From a virus, in the IMG/VR virus record IMGVR_UViG_3300008448_008004, positions 29,829 through 93,828 of that record: 64,000 nucleotides of DNA, one strand, 5' to 3'. Below the pieces are notes generated by a model. That model made no database searches. It was not told the DNA's origin and saw only the letters and a list, made by a program, of their open reading frames with translations. Positions 31,401 to 41,374 of the stretch are shown piece after piece; position 1 is the stretch's first letter; every line of letters begins with the position of its first letter. Both the position numbers and the translations under genes were made by a program.

Positions 31401-33342
31401 CCAACCCTACGGTTTTACCGTAGATAATACTAAATTTAGTTCATTCACAAATAATTCACTTTACTATTATAACTCAACAGATAAAAGTCAGGCAATATCT
31501 TTTAAACCATTTCCTTTTGACACAAAGAGTTTAGGGTTCTATACAAATAACACAGGAACTATTGATAACGGTTCCGTTAACCAAATACGTTTTCAGTACA
31601 ATCCGGTCAGTTCATCCTACACCGGTCAAGGAAATGTTGAGGGTGGAACTATAATAACATCTAATGCCCCATTAGGTGGTCTATTAGACCCAACTCTAAA
31701 TACTTCATTAGAAGTTAGGGCAATGTCACCGGCATATCATTTACAACAGTTTACTAATGTTACAATTACAAACAATAATAGACTTGTATTTAGGTCCGAC
31801 AGATTACCAACCTCAACCACAGTTCAAATTAGTGGTAATTCTTCTTATTCCTTACATTTAAATGACAATTTTGCAATTTATAACGTTACTGAACAAGGTA
31901 ATGGTATGACAACTCCTTTTGTTCCATTGGCGGCAACTGACACTACTAATAATTTAGATGACCTTACAGGTGACACTTCTAATGGTATTACTGATGCGGT
32001 TATTAGTTCATTACAATGTAATAATTTAACATTACTTGAGTGTTATAGTGGTAATGGAACTAGTTTTGGTGTTAGTGAACCATGTGATGCAAATTTAGAT
32101 GATAAAAGAGTAAAAGGTGGATGTTATTATTTTGTTGATAAAACATTGATAGTTTCAATTCCTAAAGACATTAAATATTTTATTGAATGGAAGTCAAGAT
32201 TTAGAATGATGTTTGCCGCTTGTAGAGGGGTGTTCTCACAAGTTTTCCAAAACAATTGGGTTAATGGAACTCTTTATATGTTTTCATTTAAAAAGAAAAC
32301 AATTTTTAACGTAACAGGGCAACCTAAAAAATATTTATTCTGTGGTAGTTATGATAGTTCATTTAGACCTGGACAAGGTCCCGTTTTTTATACTGAAGGA
32401 ACCACAAATTCTTTATTCTATAGGTCAACACCATTTAATGGAACGAACTTTATAGGACAAGTTCCACAAAGTAAAACACCAATAACAAATTTAGTTCCTG
32501 TTGGATATAAAGGAATTAATACTAGAAACATATTCTTTCCAACAACCATTATGGATTTGGGACCAAGAGACCAATTTACAAAAGAAATATGTGTGAATCC
32601 ACAATTTGAGGGTTATATGTTAGAGACGATGAAATCAACATCATATAATGATACATCAGATTTACTTCAATTATTTATCATTTCAAGATTAATTAATAGT
32701 AATTTTTGGACTCAAATATTAGGTATTGGAGACGCATCAATTAATAGAATGTTTTCGAGAAGTGAAGATAGAATTGATGGTGATGTAGCACAACTATTTA
32801 GTATTAATTCAGAATATGGTGTTGAAGGATTTAGTGATGATGCATATGATGATGATACTTTATATGTCTCAGGTTCAGGAGATGCTTTGGTAGGTGTTTT
32901 CTTTACGGGTAGCACTGAAAATAGAATTAAGTTAACGCCGGGGATTACAACATTCACACCGACATTGACAAATTATTTCGGATACCCTAAAACTCAAGAA
33001 GTTCCATTTTATCTATGGAAATTAAATACGACAAACACAATTTTTGGTGACGATAAAAACGACTGGTCAACAGGTTTACAAGGTTCAGGATTTTATAAAC
33101 AAAAATACCAAACCATGAGTTTTTACCAAGCTCCATTCTCAAATTACTTTAATTCAACAAACTATGGTAAAAAAGGATATATCTATAATACCGATAGCAA
33201 TGGGTATACGGAATCATTCCCACCTGGTCAAAATAGTAGTTTTGTTGTTGGCGCTCCATATCATTTCTATTTTGGGTTAGGTAAAGGAAAAACTGCAATG
33301 AACAGATACATAACAAAATATATTTTGAATCAAGATGCCTAA
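28465..33342 (+). CDS. Large virion/baseplate-associated protein (1625 aa) with a prealbumin/carboxypeptidase-regulatory-like domain and a 59-aa hydrophobic segment
   Basis: GVVTGRV....G.GVPNANVSIF...KTNESGDF.I.G.P.G; hydrophobic run 29953-30129; C-terminal YHFYFGL..GKTA. Confidence 0.55.
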   Translation: MTKSYRIRTAPGTDKNIRVNINQDFDFLEILSLKLRQEDVYTRFCADYGVVTGRVIVNGGYGVPNANVSIFVPLDSVDENDPVISTLYPYRNVDQKNEDGYRYNLLPYRKEYDGHTPTGTFPDREDILTRTEVLEVYEKYYKYTVKTNESGDFMIIGAPLGLQTLTLDLDLSNIGCFSLRPADLIRAGLGTPEQFNGDQFKSSTDLSSLPQLVNIRQDIEVSSFWGENEICNIGITRADFDLRDFGIEIKPHAIFMGSLFSSSDEDFLKTNCKPGKDTGKLCDLVTAPGSILAVRQTIDYDADGRPILERYTLPDGGKVIDDEGTWLVEVPMNLDYVTTNEFGEQVISNDPNVGIPTKGKYRFRIQYQNESGMANSIMRGDYLVPNVKEWGWSLNNDDEPTDLNAQLYSYAFSLDWNDYGDDTTTIGQQMIQEAIDCEDRFYEFNYNKVYTISNFIDRWKWGANRLKHLGIKDITDRTCTNTVNKFPVNDGVRNFDFLVFIMNLLITILTPQFVSLIVILHVLAVLYPVLRVVINLILWIVNTLVYAICIVVAALSKKLKKEDCKKQNIQPLSKDNPFKRISLPMMSYPDCEACPCEDVELAEGDTGFQESATITISANNFSPLSDLSSIASFTSYNSAQSVNSSNPESFNNGIRQVFAGYQYQSLNNNFDKLIKTPITQFPVQGAVTWAGFDVQLAQSMNLANVRQRYFDGENHIKTTVRNINPSTNLVDPSTTFDDSVLIILCDSGTIANLPNSQLVTFTDLTTINDPNVSGLSTTNQFNTNNVTGSTPYNATGLVNKQINWIGTGGTVQNGILKLSITENGKEYKFKGGVEYFQVLTGGTIQQFSGITNTTGGLLNKYLFQKTQAYTYGGYLSFPAVNEYVFPIKFLDGFEDLEIIILSRGVDPYTQKQNIRYDLSRLFGYSFGSGPVIEGSYYLNIPIKPNTGPATSFSFYPWHSSYITPETHKITDNTNTSLYHQPYGFTVDNTKFSSFTNNSLYYYNSTDKSQAISFKPFPFDTKSLGFYTNNTGTIDNGSVNQIRFQYNPVSSSYTGQGNVEGGTIITSNAPLGGLLDPTLNTSLEVRAMSPAYHLQQFTNVTITNNNRLVFRSDRLPTSTTVQISGNSSYSLHLNDNFAIYNVTEQGNGMTTPFVPLAATDTTNNLDDLTGDTSNGITDAVISSLQCNNLTLLECYSGNGTSFGVSEPCDANLDDKRVKGGCYYFVDKTLIVSIPKDIKYFIEWKSRFRMMFAACRGVFSQVFQNNWVNGTLYMFSFKKKTIFNVTGQPKKYLFCGSYDSSFRPGQGPVFYTEGTTNSLFYRSTPFNGTNFIGQVPQSKTPITNLVPVGYKGINTRNIFFPTTIMDLGPRDQFTKEICVNPQFEGYMLETMKSTSYNDTSDLLQLFIISRLINSNFWTQILGIGDASINRMFSRSEDRIDGDVAQLFSINSEYGVEGFSDDAYDDDTLYVSGSGDALVGVFFTGSTENRIKLTPGITTFTPTLTNYFGYPKTQEVPFYLWKLNTTNTIFGDDKNDWSTGLQGSGFYKQKYQTMSFYQAPFSNYFNSTNYGKKGYIYNTDSNGYTESFPPGQNSSFVVGAPYHFYFGLGKGKTAMNRYITKYILNQDA

Positions 33343-35086
33343 CGAAAACAATATAAGAATAGTTTTAGGTTCTCAGCAATTTGCTGGTAACACGGACAAG
33401 GACATTTGGATACAACCACCATTGTTTGGTGATAGACGAACTATGGTTGAAGGTGATAGGTCTTTAACATTAAACCTTGCGGACCAATTTGATACGGAAA
33501 GACAGGAAAGTAATAAATTTAGAATATCAGGTAAAATAACAAATATATTTAACAATACGGTATCCGGTAAAACAACTTATACACCGTTTAGAAATATTCT
33601 TTATTACACCAATGCTGTTGCAAATGCAACTTTAAATACTCCACCAAACCCTAATGTTCCGTGGGAAGGTTACCCACAGTTTGATGAATTTACTTTTGCA
33701 AGATATTCTGCAGTTGCGGGACATAGAAATTATGTAGCAAAAAGTGCTACATCTTATAATTGGATGTTATATTTAACATATCCATTTAGTAGTGATACGA
33801 CACACCCGATGTCGTATAAAAGTGAGCAGTTTAATGTTAGTGTAAATTTTACGGCTGGAGACGGAATACCTTTTGTTATTTCTACAGGAAACATTAATGG
33901 TAAAAGAGTTGTGTACTTCAACTGTGGAACCAAACATAATTTAAGAATAGGTGAATGGGTTGAGATAAACATCCCAACAAACCCGAGTGGATTAGGAGGT
34001 AAAAAAATATTTCAAGTTTTTTCTTTGGGTAGTGAAAATTATAGGTCAGAAGAAACCGTATTTTCAACTTTTGATTTAAAATTTCCACCAAACCAAACTA
34101 CAAATGGAACGGTTGGTACGTTCAAAAGAATTAAAAATATTGTAAATAGTGGTGAAACAAAATCAATATATTATGTAAGATTACATAATGTGATTGCAAC
34201 TCATTCAGAGTTTAATATTACTCAAGCTGGTTTTGAAAACGGCCCTTTCAGTACTAAGAGTAAATTAGAATATTCCGCATTAACACCAAATAATGAACAA
34301 AGAGTATCGGTTAAAGAAGGTTCAAAAACTTTTAATTTTGTTTTAAATAAAGATATTTCAATAGAAGGTTTAAAAGATAATAATGGAAAACCGGTAACTG
34401 AGCTTTTTTTAACGACAATACAAAAGGGTTATATGGGTTGGTTTAATCCACCTATAACAAACTCATCAGGTATTAAAACTGCAATAGATGTTGGATGGGG
34501 GTTTAATTTTCTAAAAAATTCTATTGACCCTTGGTGGGACCACACATCACTTAATAATAAAGATAATATTCCTTTAGCGTTTTATGAACAACCCGCAGGT
34601 AGCGGGCAGTATTTTTATTATAATGATTTTATACCAACAGGAACAATACTTAAAGGTGACTTTTGTGAATATAACTATATAGAACAAAAAGAATATGTGA
34701 TATCACCGGCTTATCACAAATATTCATTTAATAGTTTATATTTTTCAGATAACTCGGCTTTGAATTTACCTAGTGGTTATGTTTATGAACCACATTATTC
34801 TATACCAATCAGAATTTTTAGTAACTATTTAGAATATGGTTTAAAAACTAATACGAGTAACGTCCCAACATATGCATGGTTCTCAGAATATGAACAAACT
34901 TTTGTGTGGAGAGACATCTACACATATGGATTTATAGATGCCGAAGGACTTGGGGTTGATTATCCTTTTACGAATGGTGCTCACTACCCATTTAAACAAG
35001 TTTTATTTTTACAAAAACCAATACAAAGAACGACAGATATATCAACAACTATCATAAACCAACCAATAAATGACGATTGTGAATAA
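33335..35086 (+). CDS. Putative baseplate/structural protein (583 aa)
   Basis: Overlap-coupled in the baseplate operon; beta-rich and aromatic-rich. Confidence 0.5.
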   Translation: MPNENNIRIVLGSQQFAGNTDKDIWIQPPLFGDRRTMVEGDRSLTLNLADQFDTERQESNKFRISGKITNIFNNTVSGKTTYTPFRNILYYTNAVANATLNTPPNPNVPWEGYPQFDEFTFARYSAVAGHRNYVAKSATSYNWMLYLTYPFSSDTTHPMSYKSEQFNVSVNFTAGDGIPFVISTGNINGKRVVYFNCGTKHNLRIGEWVEINIPTNPSGLGGKKIFQVFSLGSENYRSEETVFSTFDLKFPPNQTTNGTVGTFKRIKNIVNSGETKSIYYVRLHNVIATHSEFNITQAGFENGPFSTKSKLEYSALTPNNEQRVSVKEGSKTFNFVLNKDISIEGLKDNNGKPVTELFLTTIQKGYMGWFNPPITNSSGIKTAIDVGWGFNFLKNSIDPWWDHTSLNNKDNIPLAFYEQPAGSGQYFYYNDFIPTGTILKGDFCEYNYIEQKEYVISPAYHKYSFNSLYFSDNSALNLPSGYVYEPHYSIPIRIFSNYLEYGLKTNTSNVPTYAWFSEYEQTFVWRDIYTYGFIDAEGLGVDYPFTNGAHYPFKQVLFLQKPIQRTTDISTTIINQPINDDCE

Positions 35087-35921
35087 CCATTATAGACTTA
35101 CGATAAATCCTAACGATACTGAAATTAATATTCCAATCGAAATAACTTTTGATATGGAAGGTAGAGAACAGGCGGTTGAACAGTTTGAAACTAATGCTTT
35201 ACAAACTTTAATTAATGGTATTGAAGATTTTGAAATAGGTAGATTTGCACATGCCCCTTGGGATAATGACCCCGATAAGACTGAAATTAATTATATATTT
35301 AATTTCTTTAATCCAAACCTACCAACAACATTTGTAAATAACCCACCTTCAATTGGAGACTGGTTAGATGACTACCAATACGCGACTTTTACGGATTCCG
35401 AAATATATTATTTTTCAAATTCATTTAAAGGTTCATTCTTTAAATTAGATTTTTACGATAGTAAAATACAAGAAAGTCAAAAATTACTTTTTAGTGTTAT
35501 TTTACCAACTCAACAAGGGGTAAAAGAACCAGGAACAATAGGTCCTGCTTTGAATCCAACAAATGTTATGGTTAAAAAACCAAAATATATTTTAGATTAT
35601 ACGGGGGCAGATAAAGAAGGGTTTTTCTTTTATTGGTTGAAAGGTGATTCATACATCGCTCAAAGTTTTTTTTATATGTCTTGTAAATTCTTCAACGCTA
35701 AAAAAGGACAATTTATAAGAATGGTAAATGAACCACAATCCGGATTTGCGGGACCCGTTAAATTTAATTTTGATAAAGAAAAATATTTCTATTACAAAGT
35801 TGTGATGGATAACAATAGTTATGAATATAAGGTATATAAAGAATCTCCATCACAGGTTAGAGTTGGTGAAGGTCAAACAGCAAATAGTGCTATAACTTGG
35901 TATGAATATGTTAACCCATAA
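35070..35921 (+). CDS. Putative baseplate/structural protein (283 aa)
   Basis: Coupled to both neighbours; SFFKLDFYDS motif. Confidence 0.5.
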   Translation: MTIVNNHYRLTINPNDTEINIPIEITFDMEGREQAVEQFETNALQTLINGIEDFEIGRFAHAPWDNDPDKTEINYIFNFFNPNLPTTFVNNPPSIGDWLDDYQYATFTDSEIYYFSNSFKGSFFKLDFYDSKIQESQKLLFSVILPTQQGVKEPGTIGPALNPTNVMVKKPKYILDYTGADKEGFFFYWLKGDSYIAQSFFYMSCKFFNAKKGQFIRMVNEPQSGFAGPVKFNFDKEKYFYYKVVMDNNSYEYKVYKESPSQVRVGEGQTANSAITWYEYVNP

Positions 35922-37063
35922 TGGAATCAGAAAAATTTAGTCTACTTATTTCACCTGAAGTTTTAAATTCAGATGTTTTTGCATTAGTATATACCGCTAA
36001 AACATACTACGACCTACCAGCAAACGGAGTCCCAACAAATGCAACCGCATTTACTGCAACGACTCAAAACTTCTTCGTTTATTCAGGAATGTCTCAGATA
36101 TTAAGTGGAGGAACAAACGGAACATCATTACTAACAGGATTAACAATACCAATTATGTTAACTCAAACATATAATGATATTGGATATTACTCCGAATTTG
36201 ATGGATTAATTGCACAACAAGATATTATTACAAATTTTTTGGTATCGGGAGATAATACAAGTAATCTCTTCTCAATTAGTTTGTATAACACATCGGGAGA
36301 CTATACAACAAGTTATTTAGATTTTACAACGTTTAGTGTTGATTGGAATGATGGGAGTACTATACAGCAATTAACATCAACTCAACAAAACCACGTTTAT
36401 CAGTTTCCTGGAAAATATATAATAACACTTTCAGGTGCTAATCCTTGGGGCGTAACTACCGTATCAAAACCAATAACAATACCATTTATGAATGCTGGTG
36501 TTCCAAATCCAAATGGGAACATAACATTTACACCTAGTGGGGGAAGTTGGAACGGGGTTCAATTAAATTTAAATTACATATACCCTTTAGATTCTATTAA
36601 TAACTTAACATACCAATCTTCATCCAACTGGACTCAAACACCTTTTATTGTTTCAGGATATACAAAATCAAAAATATTAGATTTAAAAAGATATGGGTCT
36701 AACCCGTATACTGTTGGATATGTTTTTACAAAAAACAATCAATTTTATGGAAAAATAAATTCAATTAATAGTGGGATAACAGGGTATACAATAGATAATA
36801 TTGACTACTACGATTTACCTGACGGAAAAACATTCTATGTTGTAAGTAGTAATGGACTAACTCCAAATGATTTAGACCCAACAATAATTACTAAAAACGA
36901 ACAACTTTTAGATTTTGTAATGGCTCCACAAGTGCAAACTGACATTTATGTTGAAAGAGGTAAATATAGTGCCTTTGAAGCCATTGAAAGATTAGGTGAA
37001 GTTGATAACATGGGTGATTTAGAAAGGTATGGATATGGATTCTTCAAAATTAATGAAGCATAA
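35921..37063 (+). CDS. Structural protein with a PKD-like Ig domain
   Basis: VDWNDGS........NHVYQFPGKYIITL matches the PKD pattern W.FGDG...H.Y..PG.Y.V.L. Confidence 0.6.
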   Translation: MESEKFSLLISPEVLNSDVFALVYTAKTYYDLPANGVPTNATAFTATTQNFFVYSGMSQILSGGTNGTSLLTGLTIPIMLTQTYNDIGYYSEFDGLIAQQDIITNFLVSGDNTSNLFSISLYNTSGDYTTSYLDFTTFSVDWNDGSTIQQLTSTQQNHVYQFPGKYIITLSGANPWGVTTVSKPITIPFMNAGVPNPNGNITFTPSGGSWNGVQLNLNYIYPLDSINNLTYQSSSNWTQTPFIVSGYTKSKILDLKRYGSNPYTVGYVFTKNNQFYGKINSINSGITGYTIDNIDYYDLPDGKTFYVVSSNGLTPNDLDPTIITKNEQLLDFVMAPQVQTDIYVERGKYSAFEAIERLGEVDNMGDLERYGYGFFKINEA

Positions 37064-37078
37064 AAAATACAGATAAAC

Positions 37079-37086
37079 TATTTATA
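37079..37086 (+). promoter_or_regulatory. TATTTATA putative late-promoter motif
   Basis: 9 nt before ATG 37096. Confidence 0.6.
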
Positions 37087-37095
37087 AAATAAAAA

Positions 37096-38004
37096 ATGGC
37101 ATTAGGAACATATGGTATTGTAAGACCTTCAGATGTATCACCAGCGGATGTTGATATCATATTACACTACACACCGAGTAGAGACGTAACGGATAATTTT
37201 CTTCTTAAAAAGTTAAATTCGCAAAGTATTTTAACACCATATTACCATAACGCTGATACTGGAGGTAATTCGGGTGTAGAAATTTTAGGAGGTTTATATA
37301 ATTTAAAATTACCTGCTAGTGAGTTTAACAAAAAAGGAATCTACACATTGTATATTAAACCTGCTGAAATAAGAACAACTATCACTGATTGTGGGGTATT
37401 ATCGGCACTTCCAAATGTAAAAGGTATTATTATTAATATTAATGATGTTCCATCACAATACAGAAATAAATTTACAAACCAAGGGTTAGTTGGGTTTAGA
37501 GTTGAATACCTAAATTTAGATGGGAGTAAAATACCAAATTTTTATAGAATAGTAACTTCATCATTTTTTTGTGAACCTATTACAAATGAACAAGTTAATT
37601 CATCACAAAAAACCATCAGATATCGTTACGTTGATGGCGGGAGTGACTTAGTATTTTGTACTTTATCACCATCCTCTTCACCAACAAACAAACCAACAGC
37701 AACACCTTTTATAGGTCAACCAAATCAAAAAATTATTGTATCTAATACTTTCTTTAATCCAATCACCATTGATATACAAATGGCTGATTACGATTTGGAT
37801 ACGATTGCAATAGCTCTTTACGGTAATCAAACTAAGAGTATGGAAGACGGTATTTACACATTATATGATAGTAATAACAACATCTATAAACAATACAACT
37901 TGTTTGAGGTTAGAGATAACTTTAATGAGTTGTTATACGAAGTTAGACAAGATAGGGGTGCTAATATAGACTTCAGTAAAAACTTCACAAATATTATTAC
38001 TTAA
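37096..38004 (+). CDS. Putative structural protein (302 aa)
   Basis: Late motif upstream; TAATG-coupled to the next gene. Confidence 0.5.
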   Translation: MALGTYGIVRPSDVSPADVDIILHYTPSRDVTDNFLLKKLNSQSILTPYYHNADTGGNSGVEILGGLYNLKLPASEFNKKGIYTLYIKPAEIRTTITDCGVLSALPNVKGIIININDVPSQYRNKFTNQGLVGFRVEYLNLDGSKIPNFYRIVTSSFFCEPITNEQVNSSQKTIRYRYVDGGSDLVFCTLSPSSSPTNKPTATPFIGQPNQKIIVSNTFFNPITIDIQMADYDLDTIAIALYGNQTKSMEDGIYTLYDSNNNIYKQYNLFEVRDNFNELLYEVRQDRGANIDFSKNFTNIIT

Positions 38005-41000
38005 TGGCTAATAAGATTTTCTTCCCACCTATTGGAACAAATACTTTTGCAGATAATCTTGTCGGAGTTCAGATTACTGATGCAGGTGGATTAACGCAAG
38101 GAAATTTCCAATTTACCTCAGCGATATACGAAAAGTCTAACAGAACTTTCGATACTGGGGTTTTTTCTGAACCATATACTTTAGATAATATAAATGTCAC
38201 TAATATTGATGAGGCAAGAAGAATAATTGAAAAAAACTTTAAAGTTTATCCAAACTATGATTTATCAGAAATAACAAGTTTTTCTCTTTATGGTTCATTA
38301 GCCAAAAGACTTTCAGCGTCGGCGATTAAAATAATTAATAATTTCCCTGCGGCTATTGAAATAATCGCTTTACACCAATCAGGATTATACTCCGGATTTA
38401 CTGCTTATAATATTGTTTATAATTCAGTTAATAACGAAACAACTTTTGATATGGATTCTGGATTATTTAGAAATCCATTTAGTATTGATTTTTCTGTTAA
38501 TGCTGAAAGAAACATCGCGGTCCAACCGTTTCCTGTTCACCCAATAAGGGCTTTGACTACTGAATATGAAAAGTATTCAATCTATTTTGAAGATTTAAAT
38601 AAAGAATATAATTTAACATTTTTTGAACCAACTCAAAGTATGAGTGGTGGTACGGTTACCGTTAGTGTTAGTGGTGATTTATTTAGTGGCGCAACTGCAA
38701 CAACAAAATCTTTAATTTTAAAACCAAACAATAGTAAAACTCAAGAAATATTTGGAGATGCCTTTGATGAGGTTGAAAAATTCTTACTTAATCAAAATAC
38801 CTTACCAAAGTATAAAGCCGTTTTTTCATATCCCGAATATGATGGCACAACAGGTAAATACACACTATATAATAAGAGTGTAACTTGGCCTATTAATAAA
38901 TTTTGGAACTTAGATATTACAAGTTCATTATTTAACAAATATTTGGATAATTTACAATTAGTTGCCGAAAGACTTGATGAATATAAAACAAATCTAATTA
39001 GTAGGTTTTTAATAACAGGTTCATTCAAAGAATTTGATACACAAGACCAAAAAATTGAAAAGGTTTTACAACTTTATGGTAGAAGTTTTGATGAAGTTAA
39101 AAAATTTATAGATAGTTTAGCATATATGAATTCGGTTAATTACCAAGTCGGTAATGATATACCATCGCAACTATTATTTAATTTGGCTCAAACTTTAGGG
39201 ATTAATCCTAATATTTCACCAATAACGAATGAGAATTTTTTAGATTCTGTTTTTAGTTCAAAATCTCAACAAATTTATGCAGGTCAAACTAATAGCCCGA
39301 CACCAACAGAATTAAATTATCAATATTATAGGAATTTAATTTTGAATTCTGCTTACATGTACAAAACTAAAGGGACAAGAAGGTCTATGGAGTATGTTAT
39401 GAGATTTATTGGTGCTCCTGAGGCTTTAATGGAATTTAACGAAATAGTTTATGTTGCGGATGCTAGAATTAATGTTAATAATTTCACCGAACAATATGCA
39501 ACAATATCAGGTGGAACAAAATTTGTAACGGCACCAGCTTTAGACCCTACGAACACCTTTAAAGTTCAGGGTGTAACATATACAGGTTATACGAGTAGTG
39601 GGTTTATAAGACGTATTACCACAACATTAGATGACTATGGAGTGGATAGTGATGGTTACCCTAAAAGCCCTGCACAAACAAGTGACAATTTTTTTCAAAA
39701 AGGTGCGGGATGGTTCGAACAAACACCAAAACATAGGTCAATAGAGATTGCTGATAACGAAAATTCATCACTTAGCGGTTCAAACCCTTATTTAATTACA
39801 AAAATTCAACCATTTAATTTTGGTCAGGAGTATATGGATAGTCTTAGAAAATTCCCTGACATGAATGTGGGTTATACTTTAAGACGTGTTTCGGACAACC
39901 AAAAATCATGGGTAGTAAGTGATGTAGGTGTAAGAAAAAATAATGATAACTTTAATGGTGTTGATTATTCAGTTGGTAATGACAAATTGGTAATCAATTC
40001 TAAGAATTTGGAACTTTATATGAACATGGGACAAGGTATTACATATGATATATGGGACATGTCTGTTAAGTATGATTACCCAATACCAAATTCAGGTTTA
40101 ACATCACCATACCCATACCCTGGAAATATTGATTGGACACACATTGACCCAAAACCAAAACAAAAAACTTTCTTTGAGTTCGCACAAAGTTTCTATAACA
40201 ATTTTATTAATGTAAGAAACAGACAAACAATTACTGATGGTAAAACAGGAGGTTATCCAACACTACAATCTGTTTTTTGGAATTATTTAAATTCAGAACA
40301 AACGGTAGGAATACCATCAAATAATTTCTCATACCAAAAAATGATTGATTATACTTTAGGTTTGGGTGATTATTGGCAAAGACTATTGGAACAAGTTGTT
40401 CCTGGTACATCTTTATGGTTGACAGGTCAAAAAATGGAAAACTCTATTTTCCATAGACAAAAATACGTTTGGAGAAGACAAAGAGGGTGTCAGATTATTC
40501 CTGTGGCTTGTATTCCATGTAAGTATATGGGACAACCATTTGCTTATGACTGTATTGACCAAACATTACAATGTAGTATTGATGGGACACCTTCTCAAAT
40601 ATTACAAACATTAGTTGCAAGTTTGTTGTCTCAAAGTGGGTTTACACAAAACATGTGCGATTTAAATAGTATTGTTTCTAACTGGTATGTTGATTGTAGA
40701 TTAGACTCTCAAATATTAGTTCAAGAACAATTTTATACAGGTTATGGTATAAACGATTACCCAACTCAAACTCAACTAATTAATGCTATTGATACTGAGT
40801 TAGTCGGTTTATATAATTATGGGTTAAATTACTACTTTGCGGGGAACACTTTAATAGTGAGTAATACATCTTGTTATGATAATTTCTCAACTAGTACATT
40901 ATATTTAAACATCGGTGTTGATATTGATATTAATTGTACACCACCGGCATCAACACCTACACCAACCCCAACACCAACCCCAACACCTACACCAACCCCA

Positions 41001-41366
41001 ACACCTGCGTACGCAACTGTTAACATGTACTTAGGGTCTCCGGTTTTACTCCCATTACCATTAACATTAATTTATAGGATAAATGGAGGTGCATGGATTA
41101 CAATACCAAATCAAGGAGTTGGTAATAAACCTTTGACTTTACAAAATTACCAAACTTATTCAACATCTAATTTAATTGGTGATGTGATAGATATTGGTGT
41201 TTTAAATTCAGGTGGGTTTAATATAAGATTTGGAACTGGAAATAATAGTGGTACATACACAGGTTACTGTGGAATTAGTTCATACTATACTTATACTGTA
41301 GTAAGCGGTGTAAATAGTATTTACATAAACATCCAAGACACTGGTAGTGGATACGTAATATGTTAA
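38004..41366 (+). CDS. Baseplate wedge protein (T4 gp7 / P2 gpI-like core) with a Cys domain, (TP)9 linker and C-terminal beta domain
   Basis: FDEVKKFID.L, LL..LAQ.LG and YKTKGTRRSMEY..RFIG (KGT motif of gpI/gp7-type wedges). Confidence 0.6.
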   Translation: MANKIFFPPIGTNTFADNLVGVQITDAGGLTQGNFQFTSAIYEKSNRTFDTGVFSEPYTLDNINVTNIDEARRIIEKNFKVYPNYDLSEITSFSLYGSLAKRLSASAIKIINNFPAAIEIIALHQSGLYSGFTAYNIVYNSVNNETTFDMDSGLFRNPFSIDFSVNAERNIAVQPFPVHPIRALTTEYEKYSIYFEDLNKEYNLTFFEPTQSMSGGTVTVSVSGDLFSGATATTKSLILKPNNSKTQEIFGDAFDEVEKFLLNQNTLPKYKAVFSYPEYDGTTGKYTLYNKSVTWPINKFWNLDITSSLFNKYLDNLQLVAERLDEYKTNLISRFLITGSFKEFDTQDQKIEKVLQLYGRSFDEVKKFIDSLAYMNSVNYQVGNDIPSQLLFNLAQTLGINPNISPITNENFLDSVFSSKSQQIYAGQTNSPTPTELNYQYYRNLILNSAYMYKTKGTRRSMEYVMRFIGAPEALMEFNEIVYVADARINVNNFTEQYATISGGTKFVTAPALDPTNTFKVQGVTYTGYTSSGFIRRITTTLDDYGVDSDGYPKSPAQTSDNFFQKGAGWFEQTPKHRSIEIADNENSSLSGSNPYLITKIQPFNFGQEYMDSLRKFPDMNVGYTLRRVSDNQKSWVVSDVGVRKNNDNFNGVDYSVGNDKLVINSKNLELYMNMGQGITYDIWDMSVKYDYPIPNSGLTSPYPYPGNIDWTHIDPKPKQKTFFEFAQSFYNNFINVRNRQTITDGKTGGYPTLQSVFWNYLNSEQTVGIPSNNFSYQKMIDYTLGLGDYWQRLLEQVVPGTSLWLTGQKMENSIFHRQKYVWRRQRGCQIIPVACIPCKYMGQPFAYDCIDQTLQCSIDGTPSQILQTLVASLLSQSGFTQNMCDLNSIVSNWYVDCRLDSQILVQEQFYTGYGINDYPTQTQLINAIDTELVGLYNYGLNYYFAGNTLIVSNTSCYDNFSTSTLYLNIGVDIDINCTPPASTPTPTPTPTPTPTPTPTPAYATVNMYLGSPVLLPLPLTLIYRINGGAWITIPNQGVGNKPLTLQNYQTYSTSNLIGDVIDIGVLNSGGFNIRFGTGNNSGTYTGYCGISSYYTYTVVSGVNSIYINIQDTGSGYVIC
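40953..41006 (+). repeat. (Thr-Pro)9 mucin-like tract
   Basis: Direct translation; mixed synonymous codons. Confidence 0.95.
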
Positions 41367-41374
41367 GATAAAAA